DNA of 63,208 bases, the filler included, from Chiloscyllium plagiosum (taxonomy: Eukaryota), in assembly GCF_004010195.1 (NCBI RefSeq). It is 4 parts of one record of this genome, joined end to end, with 100 filler letters (N's around TTAATTAATTAA, not from the genome) between each part and the next. Parts side by side here need not be neighbours in the genome. Positions count along the whole stretch, not along the records: positions 20,134 to 48,747 come from NC_057713.1; positions 48,848 to 61,474 come from NC_057713.1; 2 more parts are not named here. One strand, given 5' to 3'. Every line of letters begins with the position of its first letter. Position 1 is the stretch's first letter. This document shows, piece by piece, positions 42,033-51,687 of this stretch. Under the pieces are notes generated by a model, which did no database searches, was not told the origin of the DNA, and was given only the letters and a program-made list of their open reading frames with translations. Position numbers and translations under genes: made by a program.

Positions 42033-42104
42033 TTCCCTGGCCAGGAATCAAACCCAGGCCACAATGGTGAGAGCGCCAAATCCTGACCACTAGACTACTA
42101 GGGA
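42033..42104 (-). pseudogene. tRNA-Glu(CTC) retropseudogene fused to a CR1-type 3' tail
   Basis: 72-nt TCCCTAGTAGTCTAGTGGTCAGGATTTGGCGCTCTCACCATTGTGGCCTGGGTTTGATTCCTGGCCAGGGAA matches vertebrate tRNA-Glu-CTC with mostly CpG-type substitutions, including the T-loop TTCGA to TTTGA. Confidence 0.85.
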
Positions 42105-42932
42105 ACGGTAGTAAATATAGTAGTCAATTTGCACACAGCAACATGTCACACTGAGCAAATTGGGAATGATCAGATGATCCGTTTTTGGTCATTTTGGCTG
42201 AAGAGTAATATTGGTCTCAAATTGAACTCCTTTGGTGTCCTTCAAATAATGCCAAACGATCTTTTACATCTACCTAGGGACAGACAATGTTACAGTTTAA
42301 CATCTCATCCAAAAGAAAGTATATCAGACTGCAGCACTCTGTTCGAACAATGTCAGCCTGGATTTGTAGTTATGTATCTGTATTATCAACATTTGAATCT
42401 CAGTAAGAGACTTATTGAGTCACAGCTGACAATTTTGATGCCAGGTTACTTGCTGATTGGAGGTGAGGATTGTGAGCACATCACGCCGGGGGTTTGGCCA
42501 TCTACATCTTCCGAATACCACTTCCAACTGCAGGAGCAGTATGCCTTTTGGCTGTAGCACAATGAAACTTTACACTGAAGGTTGCAGTCAGGGAATGTAG
42601 TGTTTAAAACAATACCTAGCAGAGAATGATGAACCTCATAATATATATCCAAATGGGAGGTGCACATACCTCTAGTGAGCTCTTGAAACCAAACAAAGTC
42701 CTCCTGACTAGCTCAGAACAGAGCTGACTGCGAATCCAGTCAGTAACTTCACTGCACGAGACTGGTACTTCTGGACACTGCTTCAGACATGTCCAAATTT
42801 ATTGTACTGGCGGTAGGACAGGCAAATCTCCAACATCCAAAGGAGAAATATTATTTATTTATTTCCACACCACCAATTAAACAAAAGACAAGAGCAGATT
42901 TTCTGAACTCTTGGTCATCTTTGGCAAGTTAC

Positions 42933-43031
42933 CTCCCACACAGTGTGCACACATTGGGAAAATGATGGCCACAGTTTCCCGCACATTGATGACAACTGAT
43001 TGATCATCAGAGGTCTCAGAACAATAAGTGC
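42933..43031 (-). other. exon-like segment (99 nt)
   Basis: Acceptor TCTGATTCCCTTTAG and donor GAG|GTAACT; two frames open; no recognised homology. Confidence 0.3.
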
Positions 43032-43414
43032 CTAAAGGGAATCAGATAAATATTTGATTCCTCTCTGTAGTTGATGCTTTGGGTAAAGCTTTGAATCTTT
43101 CAGGCAGTGACTAATTCTGTCACTGTGACTTCAGGAGAATGAGTGGTCAGAAAGAGTTTTGTTAGGAATGGTGGTGCAATTAAAGCACTATGTCAACTAA
43201 CATTATTTGACAAATAACAGTAAAATTGACTTTTATTGTATTGTCTACACATGTTGTACTATAGATATCTAGTGACTCTTAAAATGGATTTTGAAATAAC
43301 TCCACGGAGACTGGTATCCCATCACCAAGTACCCTTTATTTACACATGGAAAGTCCTTGACACTGATCCAGCTCCCTCAGGGGCAGCTCAGTGTGTCAGG
43401 GTGTCTGACACTAC

Positions 43415-43763
43415 TTTTTTTTTCTATTTTTTCTTTTAATCCCCCACACTACTGCCTAACAGCAGTTGTGCTTATTTTTCTCCAGCACCCATGTCGTGTG
43501 TGTGCAGATATCAGACAGAGTGAAGAATAACAAGTGCGTAAATCTTTACTTATATTCTGTAACCCAGAAGAAAGAAAACATCAGAGTGGCCAGTGGCAAG
43601 CAGTGCCCTTCTCGACAAAGGGCAGTGCTGCGTGATCAAAAAAAGTGAAGGAGCGAGCAGGGGTGAAATCTAAATAGTATTGGAGGGGGAAAGTACATCA
43701 GAAACAGAGGAGAAGGTTTTTAAAGAAATCAAAAAGGGAATGCAAACGCTCACCCCCAATATA
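43415..43763 (-). mobile_element. Tx1-clade LINE 3' fragment, copy 1 (internally deleted)
   Basis: 3' UTR aligns with copies 2 and 3; poly(A) at 43415-43437. Confidence 0.8.
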
Positions 43764-43808
43764 GACACCTCCTTTTTAATTTTTTTTCTCTAAATCTCCT
43801 GATTATAC

Positions 43809-44409
43809 TTTCTCTTTTTTTTCCCCTCACACTACCTCTGTGGGCGGTATTTTCCCCAGCACCCATGTCATGTGTGTGCAGGTGTAGGACACAGTAATGA
43901 ACAAGTGCGTCAATCTTTATTTATATTCCACCACCAGGAAGAAAGGAAACATCAGAGTGGCCAGTTACAAGCAGTGCCGTTCTTGTCAAAGGGCAATGCT
44001 GCGTGATAAAAAAAAGTGAAGGGGAGGGCAGGGATTAAATCAAAGTAGAGTTTGAGGGGGAATTAAAACACTCCAATCCTTGCGGTGCCCACCTCTCCCT
44101 GCACAGCTCGAGGGTGTTGGTAGACACCACATGCTCCTTCTCCAGGGACACCCAGGCATGGATGTAACTATGGAAGAGGGGCAAACAATTGGCCCTTACA
44201 ATCCCCCTCTGTTACCTGGACCTGTTTATGGCCAGTTTGGCCAGGCCAGGCCCAGGAGCAGACCCACGAGGAAGTCATCTGAAGTACCCTTCCTCCCTCT
44301 GCACTGGGTGCCCAAAGATCAGGAATATGTGACTGAAGTGCAACCAAAAGCAGAGGAGAAGGTTTTTAAGAAAATCAAAAATGGAGTGCAAATGGCCACA
44401 CCCAATTTG
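43809..44409 (-). mobile_element. Tx1-clade LINE 3' fragment, copy 2
   Basis: IGCGHLHSIFDFLKNLLLCFWLHFSHIFLIFGHPV (ORF2 C-terminus) plus 3' UTR and poly(A). Confidence 0.85.
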
Positions 44410-44516
44410 GACACTCCTTTTTTTTAGTTTTAAAGAGCAGAGTCCTTGACTCCTTGACACTGATCCAGCTCCCTCAGAGCCAGCTGTCAGAGTGAAGAAC
44501 TTCTGACCCTCCTGGG

Positions 44517-45478
44517 TTTTTTCGCTTTACCCCACACTACCACCTAACTATGGTAGTGCTTATTTTTCCCCAGCTCCCATGTTGTGTGTGTGTGTAGATG
44601 GGAGACACAGTGAAAGACATAAGTTGCACAAATCTTTATTCAATTTCCACCACCAGGAAGAAAAGAGACACCCAAGTGGCCAGTGGCAAGCAGTGCCCTT
44701 CACATCAAAGGGCAATGCTGTGTGATCAAACAGTGAAGGGCAGGGCAGGGGTTAAATCAAAATAGAATTGGACGGAGAAATAATACACTCCACTCCCTGC
44801 GGTGCCCACCCCTCCCTGAACAACTCCAGGGTATTGGTGGACACCGCATGCTCCCTCTCCAGAGTTCCCTGGGCTCTAACATACTGCGGAAGAGGGGCAG
44901 ACAGTCGGCCCTAATTACCTCATCCACTGCCTGCTGCCTGGACATGTTTATGGCCAATTTGGCCAGGCCCAGGAGCAGACCCACGAGGAGGTCCTCAGAC
45001 CTGCCCTGCCCCCCTCCGCATTGGGTGCCCGAAGATCAGGAGCGTGGGACTGAAATGCAACCAAAAACAGAGAAGAAAGTTTTTTAGAAAATCAAAAAGG
45101 GAGTGCAAGCACCCACACCCAATATATACGTGGTCCACGGACTCCACAGCGCTACAGAATAAGCAGTTGGGCTGGGAGTCCATGAACCACCGCAATCTGC
45201 AGTTGCAAGGGACTGCTACATGCAACACCCTCCACCCCAGATCCCCAAGAGAAAGGGGGAGGACCCTGCGTAGAGAGCTCTCACTGAGAGACTGTGCATG
45301 CCAAGGTGTGTCTGGGCGGTGGATGAGTGAGAAGAGGTGGACAGTGTGCAGCAGCAGTTGATACAGGACCTAAAAGGGGTAAAACTAAAATTCCGGAGGC
45401 AGCTCAGGTTGTGGGGCACAGGGTCTCGGGGGAAGTACGGGACCTTGGGGCCATATGAAATTCCGTCCGGGCAGGGTT
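44517..45478 (-). mobile_element. Tx1-clade LINE 3' fragment, copy 3
   Basis: ORF2 zinc knuckle CLFCSAVESVDHVYIGC, then LLLGLAKLAI; 3' UTR and poly(A). Confidence 0.9.
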
Positions 45479-45595
45479 GACACTCCTGATTTAATCTGTC
45501 AACCAGGGTTCCCTGATTGAAGCAGATTAACAGCATCAATCAGGGAACTCATATTCTATGAGGTTCACCTGATTGACCTCATTACATTCACTATG

Positions 45596-48351
45596 TCCCT
45601 CACCCTCTGAGTCTGAAGGCACAGGCTAGCTCTTTTTCTTGCAGTTCCTCCTGGAGTGTTTTAGCCCCAGGTCAGGCTCCTCTGACTCTGCCTCGGATAC
45701 GGGTGGCATGTAAATCATAGCAGTTAGCCTCTTGTACCTGGAATATCTTGGAAGAAATTAATTCTCTTCTTCAGGTGGCAAAAGCATTGAGGTGACAATA
45801 TCTACTGCATCCATCTCAGATTCTGAGATTTCTTCAATGCTTGAAGAAATGGGAGAATTCAGGGATCTGCCAGATTTTCCAACCATTCTGAAGAACTGGG
45901 CATATTTTGCTTCCACCCCATTTGCGAATTTGCAGCTTTCATGTGGTCCACATGCTTGTTCAGGACTGTTGCACCTACCCGAACTTTATACGTCACTGGA
46001 CCTGACTTCACACCACCATGCCTCTTAATCATGCCTGTGGTTCATAGACCAAACATTGTCCCCTGAAATAAACTGTCTCTCTTGCTTACATGAGTCTTGT
46101 GTCCAACATTGACGTCCTATTGCTTTTTCACCCTTCACCCCCAGGTATGGGAACACCAGATTTAACCTGGTGGCGAATCTCCCCTCATTATCAACTCTTC
46201 TGGAGCTCTCCCTGCAGTTGTATCAGGGGTGGTCCTAGAATCAAATAGGAACCAGGACAGTTTGATACCTAGTGAAGCTTTAGGCTGTTTCTTGAAGCCT
46301 GGACTGCTGTTTTTGCCAGACCACTGGATGATAGATGGTATGAAGCTGTCCTTATGTCAAATTCCATTCAACTTCAGGAACTACTCAAAATCCTTGCTGG
46401 TAAATGATGGCCCATTATCTGTGACTAACACTTCCAGGAGTCTGTATATTGCAATAGATGTACACAGTTTCTTTTATCCCCATGTTTGTCAAATGAACTC
46501 TATGCATGTCCAGCCATTCTGATTGGGTGTCCACAATGACTAAGAACATTGAGCCCATAAAAGGACCTGCATAGACAACATGTAACTAAGTCTAGAGTTT
46601 ACCCAGCCATTTCCCAGAATCTGGGGGAGCTGCAGGCAGTAATTTTTGTTCTTGTGGGCACTTCGAGCACTGCCCCGCCAACACTGCTCTGTTTGCATCT
46701 AGTTCTCACCATCAGGCATAACGTTTCACCAACATCTTCATTTAGGAAACCCTTGAATGACTCTGGTAGAGTCCAGCCAGTATCTGGCAGCGATCTTTGC
46801 TCAGGGCAATCACTCTTGCTCCCCATTATAATATGCCATCATCTTCCATGATCTGTTCTCTCTGGGTCCAAAAAGGTTTCAATTCTGGTTGTGATGGCCT
46901 TTTTGTTGTCCCTATCACTACTAGCTCTTTCCGTTTTGCCAGGACAGGATCTTCCTGCATCAAAAGTCTGATATTGTCAGCTGTGACTGGAATGTGTCCA
47001 GAAATTTTAAAACCATTATACACTCTTCCAGTGGCGGTACCAATGGTGGTGTATTTGCCAGTGGGAGACAGCTCAATGTATCTGCATTCAGTACTTGGCT
47101 TCCTGGACAGTGTTCACCACTGAATTCAGCCTGCAGCCAGGATAGCATTGCCTTCTCCTCTTTAAGTAGAATAAGCACGGGTTTGTGGTTCATTATTATT
47201 ACAAATCTATGTCGTAAAGATATTGCTGGAACTTCCTGACCACCAAACTTTCCCTCTCTAAATGAGTGTATTAATGCTCTGCATTAGCCAAAGTCCTGAA
47301 TGCATATGTTATTGGGTGTTCCTCTCCATTGGGCCATCTATGAACTAATGTTACCCTGAAGTCATATAGGCAGGTATCGCGTGTCAGTACCAGATCTTGC
47401 TTGGGATCATAGTGTGTCAACACCTTAGAGCATGACAACTGATTTTTCACTTACCTGAAAGCTATAGTTTGGCAGCATGACCATTTCCAAGGCTGATCCT
47501 TTTCTGGGACTGGATACAAAGGTGCCAGGATGGAAGCCAGATTATATATGAACTTTTCATAATAATTTGCCAGCCAAAAAAAAGACCTAGGCTCCAGATA
47601 TGAGAGGCAGGGCAACATTTGATTGCCCTCACTTTATCTTCCAATGGATGTAACCTGGTCTTGTCGACTGTGTAGCCCAAGTAGACACATTAAGAGTGCT
47701 TTCTACACACATTTTTCCCTTCTAAAGCATACGCCCACCTGGAAAAAACATCTGAGGACTATGTCCAAATTCTCCTTATTTGTCTTCTCTGTTATTAACA
47801 GTCATCTAGATAAATGATGACCTGGGGTAGACCTTGTAAAATATTCTCCATCATCCGCTAAAACATTGCACAGGCTGACAATACTCCAGATATTGGTACA
47901 AACCCTTATGGGTATTAATTGTAGCATACTTCTGGGAAACTTCATCTAACCACAATTGTAGGTACACATTGCTCATGTCTAGCTTCATGAAGGACAGACC
48001 CCTGCCAGCTTTGTATATAAATCCTGTATGTGTGGGATTAGGTATTTATCCAGCCGTGGAAAGCAATGCACTGTTTAAAATCCCCACAAAGGCGAACTGT
48101 CCCGTCACGCTTCACAATCAGTACTACCAGTGCTGCCCATTCCACAAACTGGACTAGTTTGATGATTCCTTCGCTTTCCAGCCTCCTGATTTCTGCCTCT
48201 ACTTTTGCCCAGAAGGCAAATGGCTCTAGGTGGGCCTTGTGGAATCATGGAATTCTTGGTCAACATACAAGGTGGCATTGGCTTCTTTGATAGTCCCTCG
48301 ACCTTCCTGAACAACTCCCAGAAATTTATTTAGGACGTCACTCAGGCAACC
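45596..48351 (-). mobile_element. degenerate Gypsy pol (RT-RNase H-integrase)
   Basis: LHPLEDKVRAIK, NHKPVLILLKE, QEDPVLAK...EDDGIL; integrase core about 46200-46600; RT-RNase H-IN order. Confidence 0.88.
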
Positions 48352-48747
48352 TTTTTCTAATATAATATATTTTTATTAAGAAAAAATAGATTTTTAAATA
48401 TTACAACAAATACAAAACAATGCAATTCAAAACACTACAAAAATAGTACAAAACCAAACCCAAATAATAAAAAAGAAATTCCAAACCCACCTTCCTATAC
48501 GAATGTATCAACATATATAGAGAAGTATAAACTTTTTAAAAAACTAAACTAGCTATTTAACTAACTAAATAAATACCTAATAATAAACAAATAAATAGTA
48601 ATAACTCATCCCAGCCAAACAAAACACTCATACATTCACAGTTCCTCCTCCCTGGATATTGGACTCATGAAACGCAATCGTTACAGCTATATAAAAGCCC
48701 TTGTTAGTGTGGCAGATAAATCTGTGTCCAGGTATTTCAAAAAGGGT
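48352..48747 (-). mobile_element. L1-type LINE 3' end (ORF2 C-terminus, T-rich 3' UTR, poly(A) signal)
   Basis: Minus strand PFLKYLDTDLSATLTRAFI-stop, then UTR with AATAAA; inserted into the Gypsy pol. Confidence 0.7.
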
Positions 48748-48847
48748 NNNNNNNNNNNNNNNNNNNNNNNNNNNNNNNNNNNNNNNNNNNNTTAATTAAT
48801 TAANNNNNNNNNNNNNNNNNNNNNNNNNNNNNNNNNNNNNNNNNNNN
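48748..48847. other. assembly gap with linker
   Basis: 44 N + TTAATTAATTAA + 44 N. Confidence 0.98.
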
Positions 48848-48849
48848 GC

Positions 48850-49542
48850 TCAACCACTTACATAGATGCAATAGGTGTTCCCCGTGGTGTACCTGATGAA
48901 TATAAATTGGCAGACCAGATAGCAGCAGGGTTTGAGAACCTCCCAATTATCAGTGTTTTATTCCCAGTTACGCCGAATAAAAACGTTGACCGAATTAATT
49001 ATGTACATTACAAAGTACTTAGGCTAGCCAATAGAACTAGAGACGCGGTGGCAGGACTTTCTGAACAATTGGCAGCAACCTCATTGATGACAGTACAAAA
49101 TAGAATGGCCTTAGATATGTTGCTTGCAGAAAAGGGGGGAGTGTGCTCTGTGTTTGGAGATCAATGTTGTACGTTCATCCCCAACAATACGGCACCCGAT
49201 GGTTCGGTCACCAGAGCCTTGGAAGGACTAAGAATTTTGTCTGAAGAAATGCATGAACACTCGGGTATTTACAATCCTCTAGGAGGACTGTTCGATTCAT
49301 GGGTTGGGAAATGGAAAGGATTGATTGCTTCTGTGTTTATGTCCCTCGGAGGTATGATTATCGTGTTAGTGTTGTGCGGATGTTGTTGTATTCCCTATAT
49401 TAGATCTTTGTTGAACAGGGTAATTATTACCGCACTTGAAGGGAAGGCTCCCCCGTCTTACCAGATGTCACAGATGGAGGCAGAAACCATGGCTTTGGCA
49501 AGAGGGGAAGACTATGCATCAGAGAGCGAATATGATGTATAG
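48850..49542 (+). CDS. env: endogenous retrovirus envelope, TM-subunit region (5'-partial, open from the gap)
   Basis: 230 codons with no stop: YIDAIGVPRGVPDEYK...IAAGFE, heptad repeat, immunosuppressive domain VQNRMALDMLLAEKGGVC, CX6CC (CSVFGDQCC), hydrophobic TM segment, CGCCC, cytoplasmic tail. Confidence 0.93.
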   Translation, partial: STTYIDAIGVPRGVPDEYKLADQIAAGFENLPIISVLFPVTPNKNVDRINYVHYKVLRLANRTRDAVAGLSEQLAATSLMTVQNRMALDMLLAEKGGVCSVFGDQCCTFIPNNTAPDGSVTRALEGLRILSEEMHEHSGIYNPLGGLFDSWVGKWKGLIASVFMSLGGMIIVLVLCGCCCIPYIRSLLNRVIITALEGKAPPSYQMSQMEAETMALARGEDYASESEYDV

Positions 49543-49586
49543 AACTGGTTGGTTGGTCTCATTTTCATGAGACCAAAAAGGGGACT

Positions 49587-50256
49587 TGTAAATATATCCC
49601 TTACTTAAAAAAACAGAAGGCTGGCTGTGACTCTGGATGGATTCAGCACTCAAAACCCTGTGGTGACTCTGTAACCCAAGCACGTGGTCACGTGGTCACG
49701 TGACGTCCCCGGCTCGCACTTGGAAGAGTGCGGGGCGGTCACGTGACGTCCCCCGTCTCGCACCCGGAAGAGTGCAGGGCGGTCACGTGACGTCCCGTTT
49801 CGCGCCCCGGAAGAGGGCGGGCGGTCACGTGATGTTCCGTTTCGCGCCTCGGAGGTGGGTCGAGGAGGTCACGTGATGCTCCGTTTCGCGGGCAAAAGAA
49901 GGTCACATGGGGTTGGACATCTAGGAATGCGAGGAGGCGGGGAATGGAGTCAGAGCAACACCCAATCAGAAGATAATTCTACTTCAGTGTTTATATGACG
50001 TTTTTTATGTATAAAAGACTGGGGCAGGGACAAAACGAGGTCTTTCTTTTTGAACTGGCACACTTTTGTAGTTTGTCAGGGACAAAGAGGTTTAGACCCA
50101 GAGCTCTGAATGCCTTGTCCACTTACTGTGTAAAATAAATTAAGAGTGTGAGACCGAATATCTTCTCCTATTGCTTCATTTAAAAGAACACGCAGGATTT
50201 GGCTCACACATAGAAGAAAGTAAATTTATATTGGTAGATTGAGCCAAAGTCCAACA
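49587..50256 (+). mobile_element. ERV 3' LTR
   Basis: PPT AAAAAGGGGA at 49575-49584, then TGT...ACA ends; CCAAT about 49962, TATAAAA 50010-50016, AATAAA 50134-50139. Confidence 0.85.
49681..49910 (+). promoter_or_regulatory. U3 tandem enhancer array (about 43-bp units)
   Basis: GGTCACGTGA at 49694, 49737, 49781, 49823 and 49867; seven CACGTG in total; TTTCGCG and CCGGAAG motifs within the units. Confidence 0.8.
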
Positions 50257-50520
50257 GTATCTCGAGGTTTGCTCCAACATTGGAAAAGCAGACTTACAGT
50301 CTAATCATGTAAACATCTGATATGTTGTACTCAAATCCTATTTTAATGTCCATGACACAACGATCACCATCTCTGGGCTATCGTATTCCACCTATAGTAC
50401 AGGCTCATTAGAGGCGACAGCACTGTACTGTACAGTTGGGAAGGAGTTGCCTTAAGAGTCTTCAACACTGACCCGGATCTCATGAAGTCTAAAGGCATCT
50501 GGTCAATCAGCGAAAGGAAA
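50257..50520 (+). mobile_element. old L2/CR1-group LINE endonuclease fragment flanking the ERV
   Basis: Reverse complement resembles 36000-36230 (NVHDTTITISG). Confidence 0.5.
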
Positions 50521-50524
50521 CCTC

Positions 50525-50850
50525 TTGCAGACTGGACGCATCCTAGCAGAGCGCTTTAGGGAACATCTCTGGGATACCCGCACCAATCAACCACACTGGC
50601 CCAACATTTCAACTCCCCCTCCGACTCTACTGAGAACATGGAGATCCTGGGCCTCCTTCACTGCCGCTCCCTCACCACCAGACGCCTGGAGGAAGAATGC
50701 CTCATCTTCCACCTTGGAACACTTCAACTCCAAGGCATCAATGTGGACTTCAACAGTTTCCTCATTTCCCCTTCCCCCACCTCACTCCAGTTCCAAACTT
50801 CCAACTCTAATCTAGAATCTGGTTTCCAGCATCTGCAGTCATTGTTTTTA
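50525..50850 (+). mobile_element. Penelope-like GIY-YIG fragment
   Basis: LAERFREHLWDTRTNQ and RRLEEECLIFHLGTLQLQGINVDF. Confidence 0.8.
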
Positions 50851-51687
50851 CCTATCTATTATGTTGCCCCCATCCCAATGAATCAGTGCTCTTCAATGCT
50901 GAAAACTAATTGGAAGACAATGGCAAGCATGGCGATGAGTGGTTCTGGAGATAGAAGTAGAGAAATGATGGATGACGGAGAATCAGGATAGACATAAGAT
51001 AGGGAGAATGAAGTGGAGAATGGGAGGATTGTTGGAGGTTGGAAGGGGTAGGGAGCGGTAGTGTGTTGTGGTGGGTGGGAGGAAGTGAGGAGGCAGCACA
51101 CCACAGTAGTAAATAATGATTAGTACTACTGGGAAATTTTTCAAATTTACAAACCCCTTCAAAATGAAAATACTTCCTTCGAACACTCTTTAAAGTGAGA
51201 TTGACGTAAGTTTTATTTTGTCTTTTCTTTCAAGCCTGTGACATATACACCTCTGATGTATCAAGTGAATTCTTTGGCCAGGCTTTCTTGAAATTATTTG
51301 CATTTGCAAGTTCATTTTGCACCTGGTTTTAACAGGAAAAATAAATCAAAATGGACAACTTTGATTAATTTCAAGGGGTGCGCTTTTATCTTCATTCTGT
51401 CAATGTGGATGTATTTAAAAGGGGGCATACAAACAATGCTCAAATTTCCTCTTTTTTGTAACCTATTTATAATATTTTACAAGTATTGGAGTTGTTGGGG
51501 CCCAAGTGGGATCATTTCCCCTAATGTCTTTCCATCACAACATCATTTTCAAATACTGCCAATGTTTCCTTTTGATATTTTAGAATGAAAGGTGCCAAAT
51601 TAAGTTGACAACATCTTTTGTGTCTTTGTGGTAGTATACTTTTTACAAAGGTTTTCATTTTTATTCTTTTTATTTATTCTTCATTCA

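Larger units (their letters stand above)
43292..45595 (-). mobile_element. 3' LTR of the Gypsy element, split by three Tx1 insertions
   Basis: LTR pieces at 43292-43412 (ends ...GGAGTTATTTCA on the minus strand, with AATAAA), 44438-44514 and 45479-45595; polypurine tract at about 45596-45605. Confidence 0.8.

Noticed and set aside
42033..42104. Functional tRNA-Glu gene
   Set aside because: Multiple substitutions including the B box/T-loop, and a retroposed context.
42449..42615. Cys-rich open segment with an AG acceptor on the minus strand
   Set aside because: It would need a 54-nt intron from the neighbouring candidate, has a weak donor, and has no recognisable homology.
48850..49542. Domesticated syncytin-like env gene
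   Set aside because: An intact PPT and CpG-rich LTR point to a recent provirus; conservation cannot be shown from this window.
49681..49910. CRISPR-like repeat/spacer appearance
   Set aside because: The spacers are homologous to each other, the constant part is only about 10 bp, there are no cas genes, and it lies inside a vertebrate retroviral LTR.
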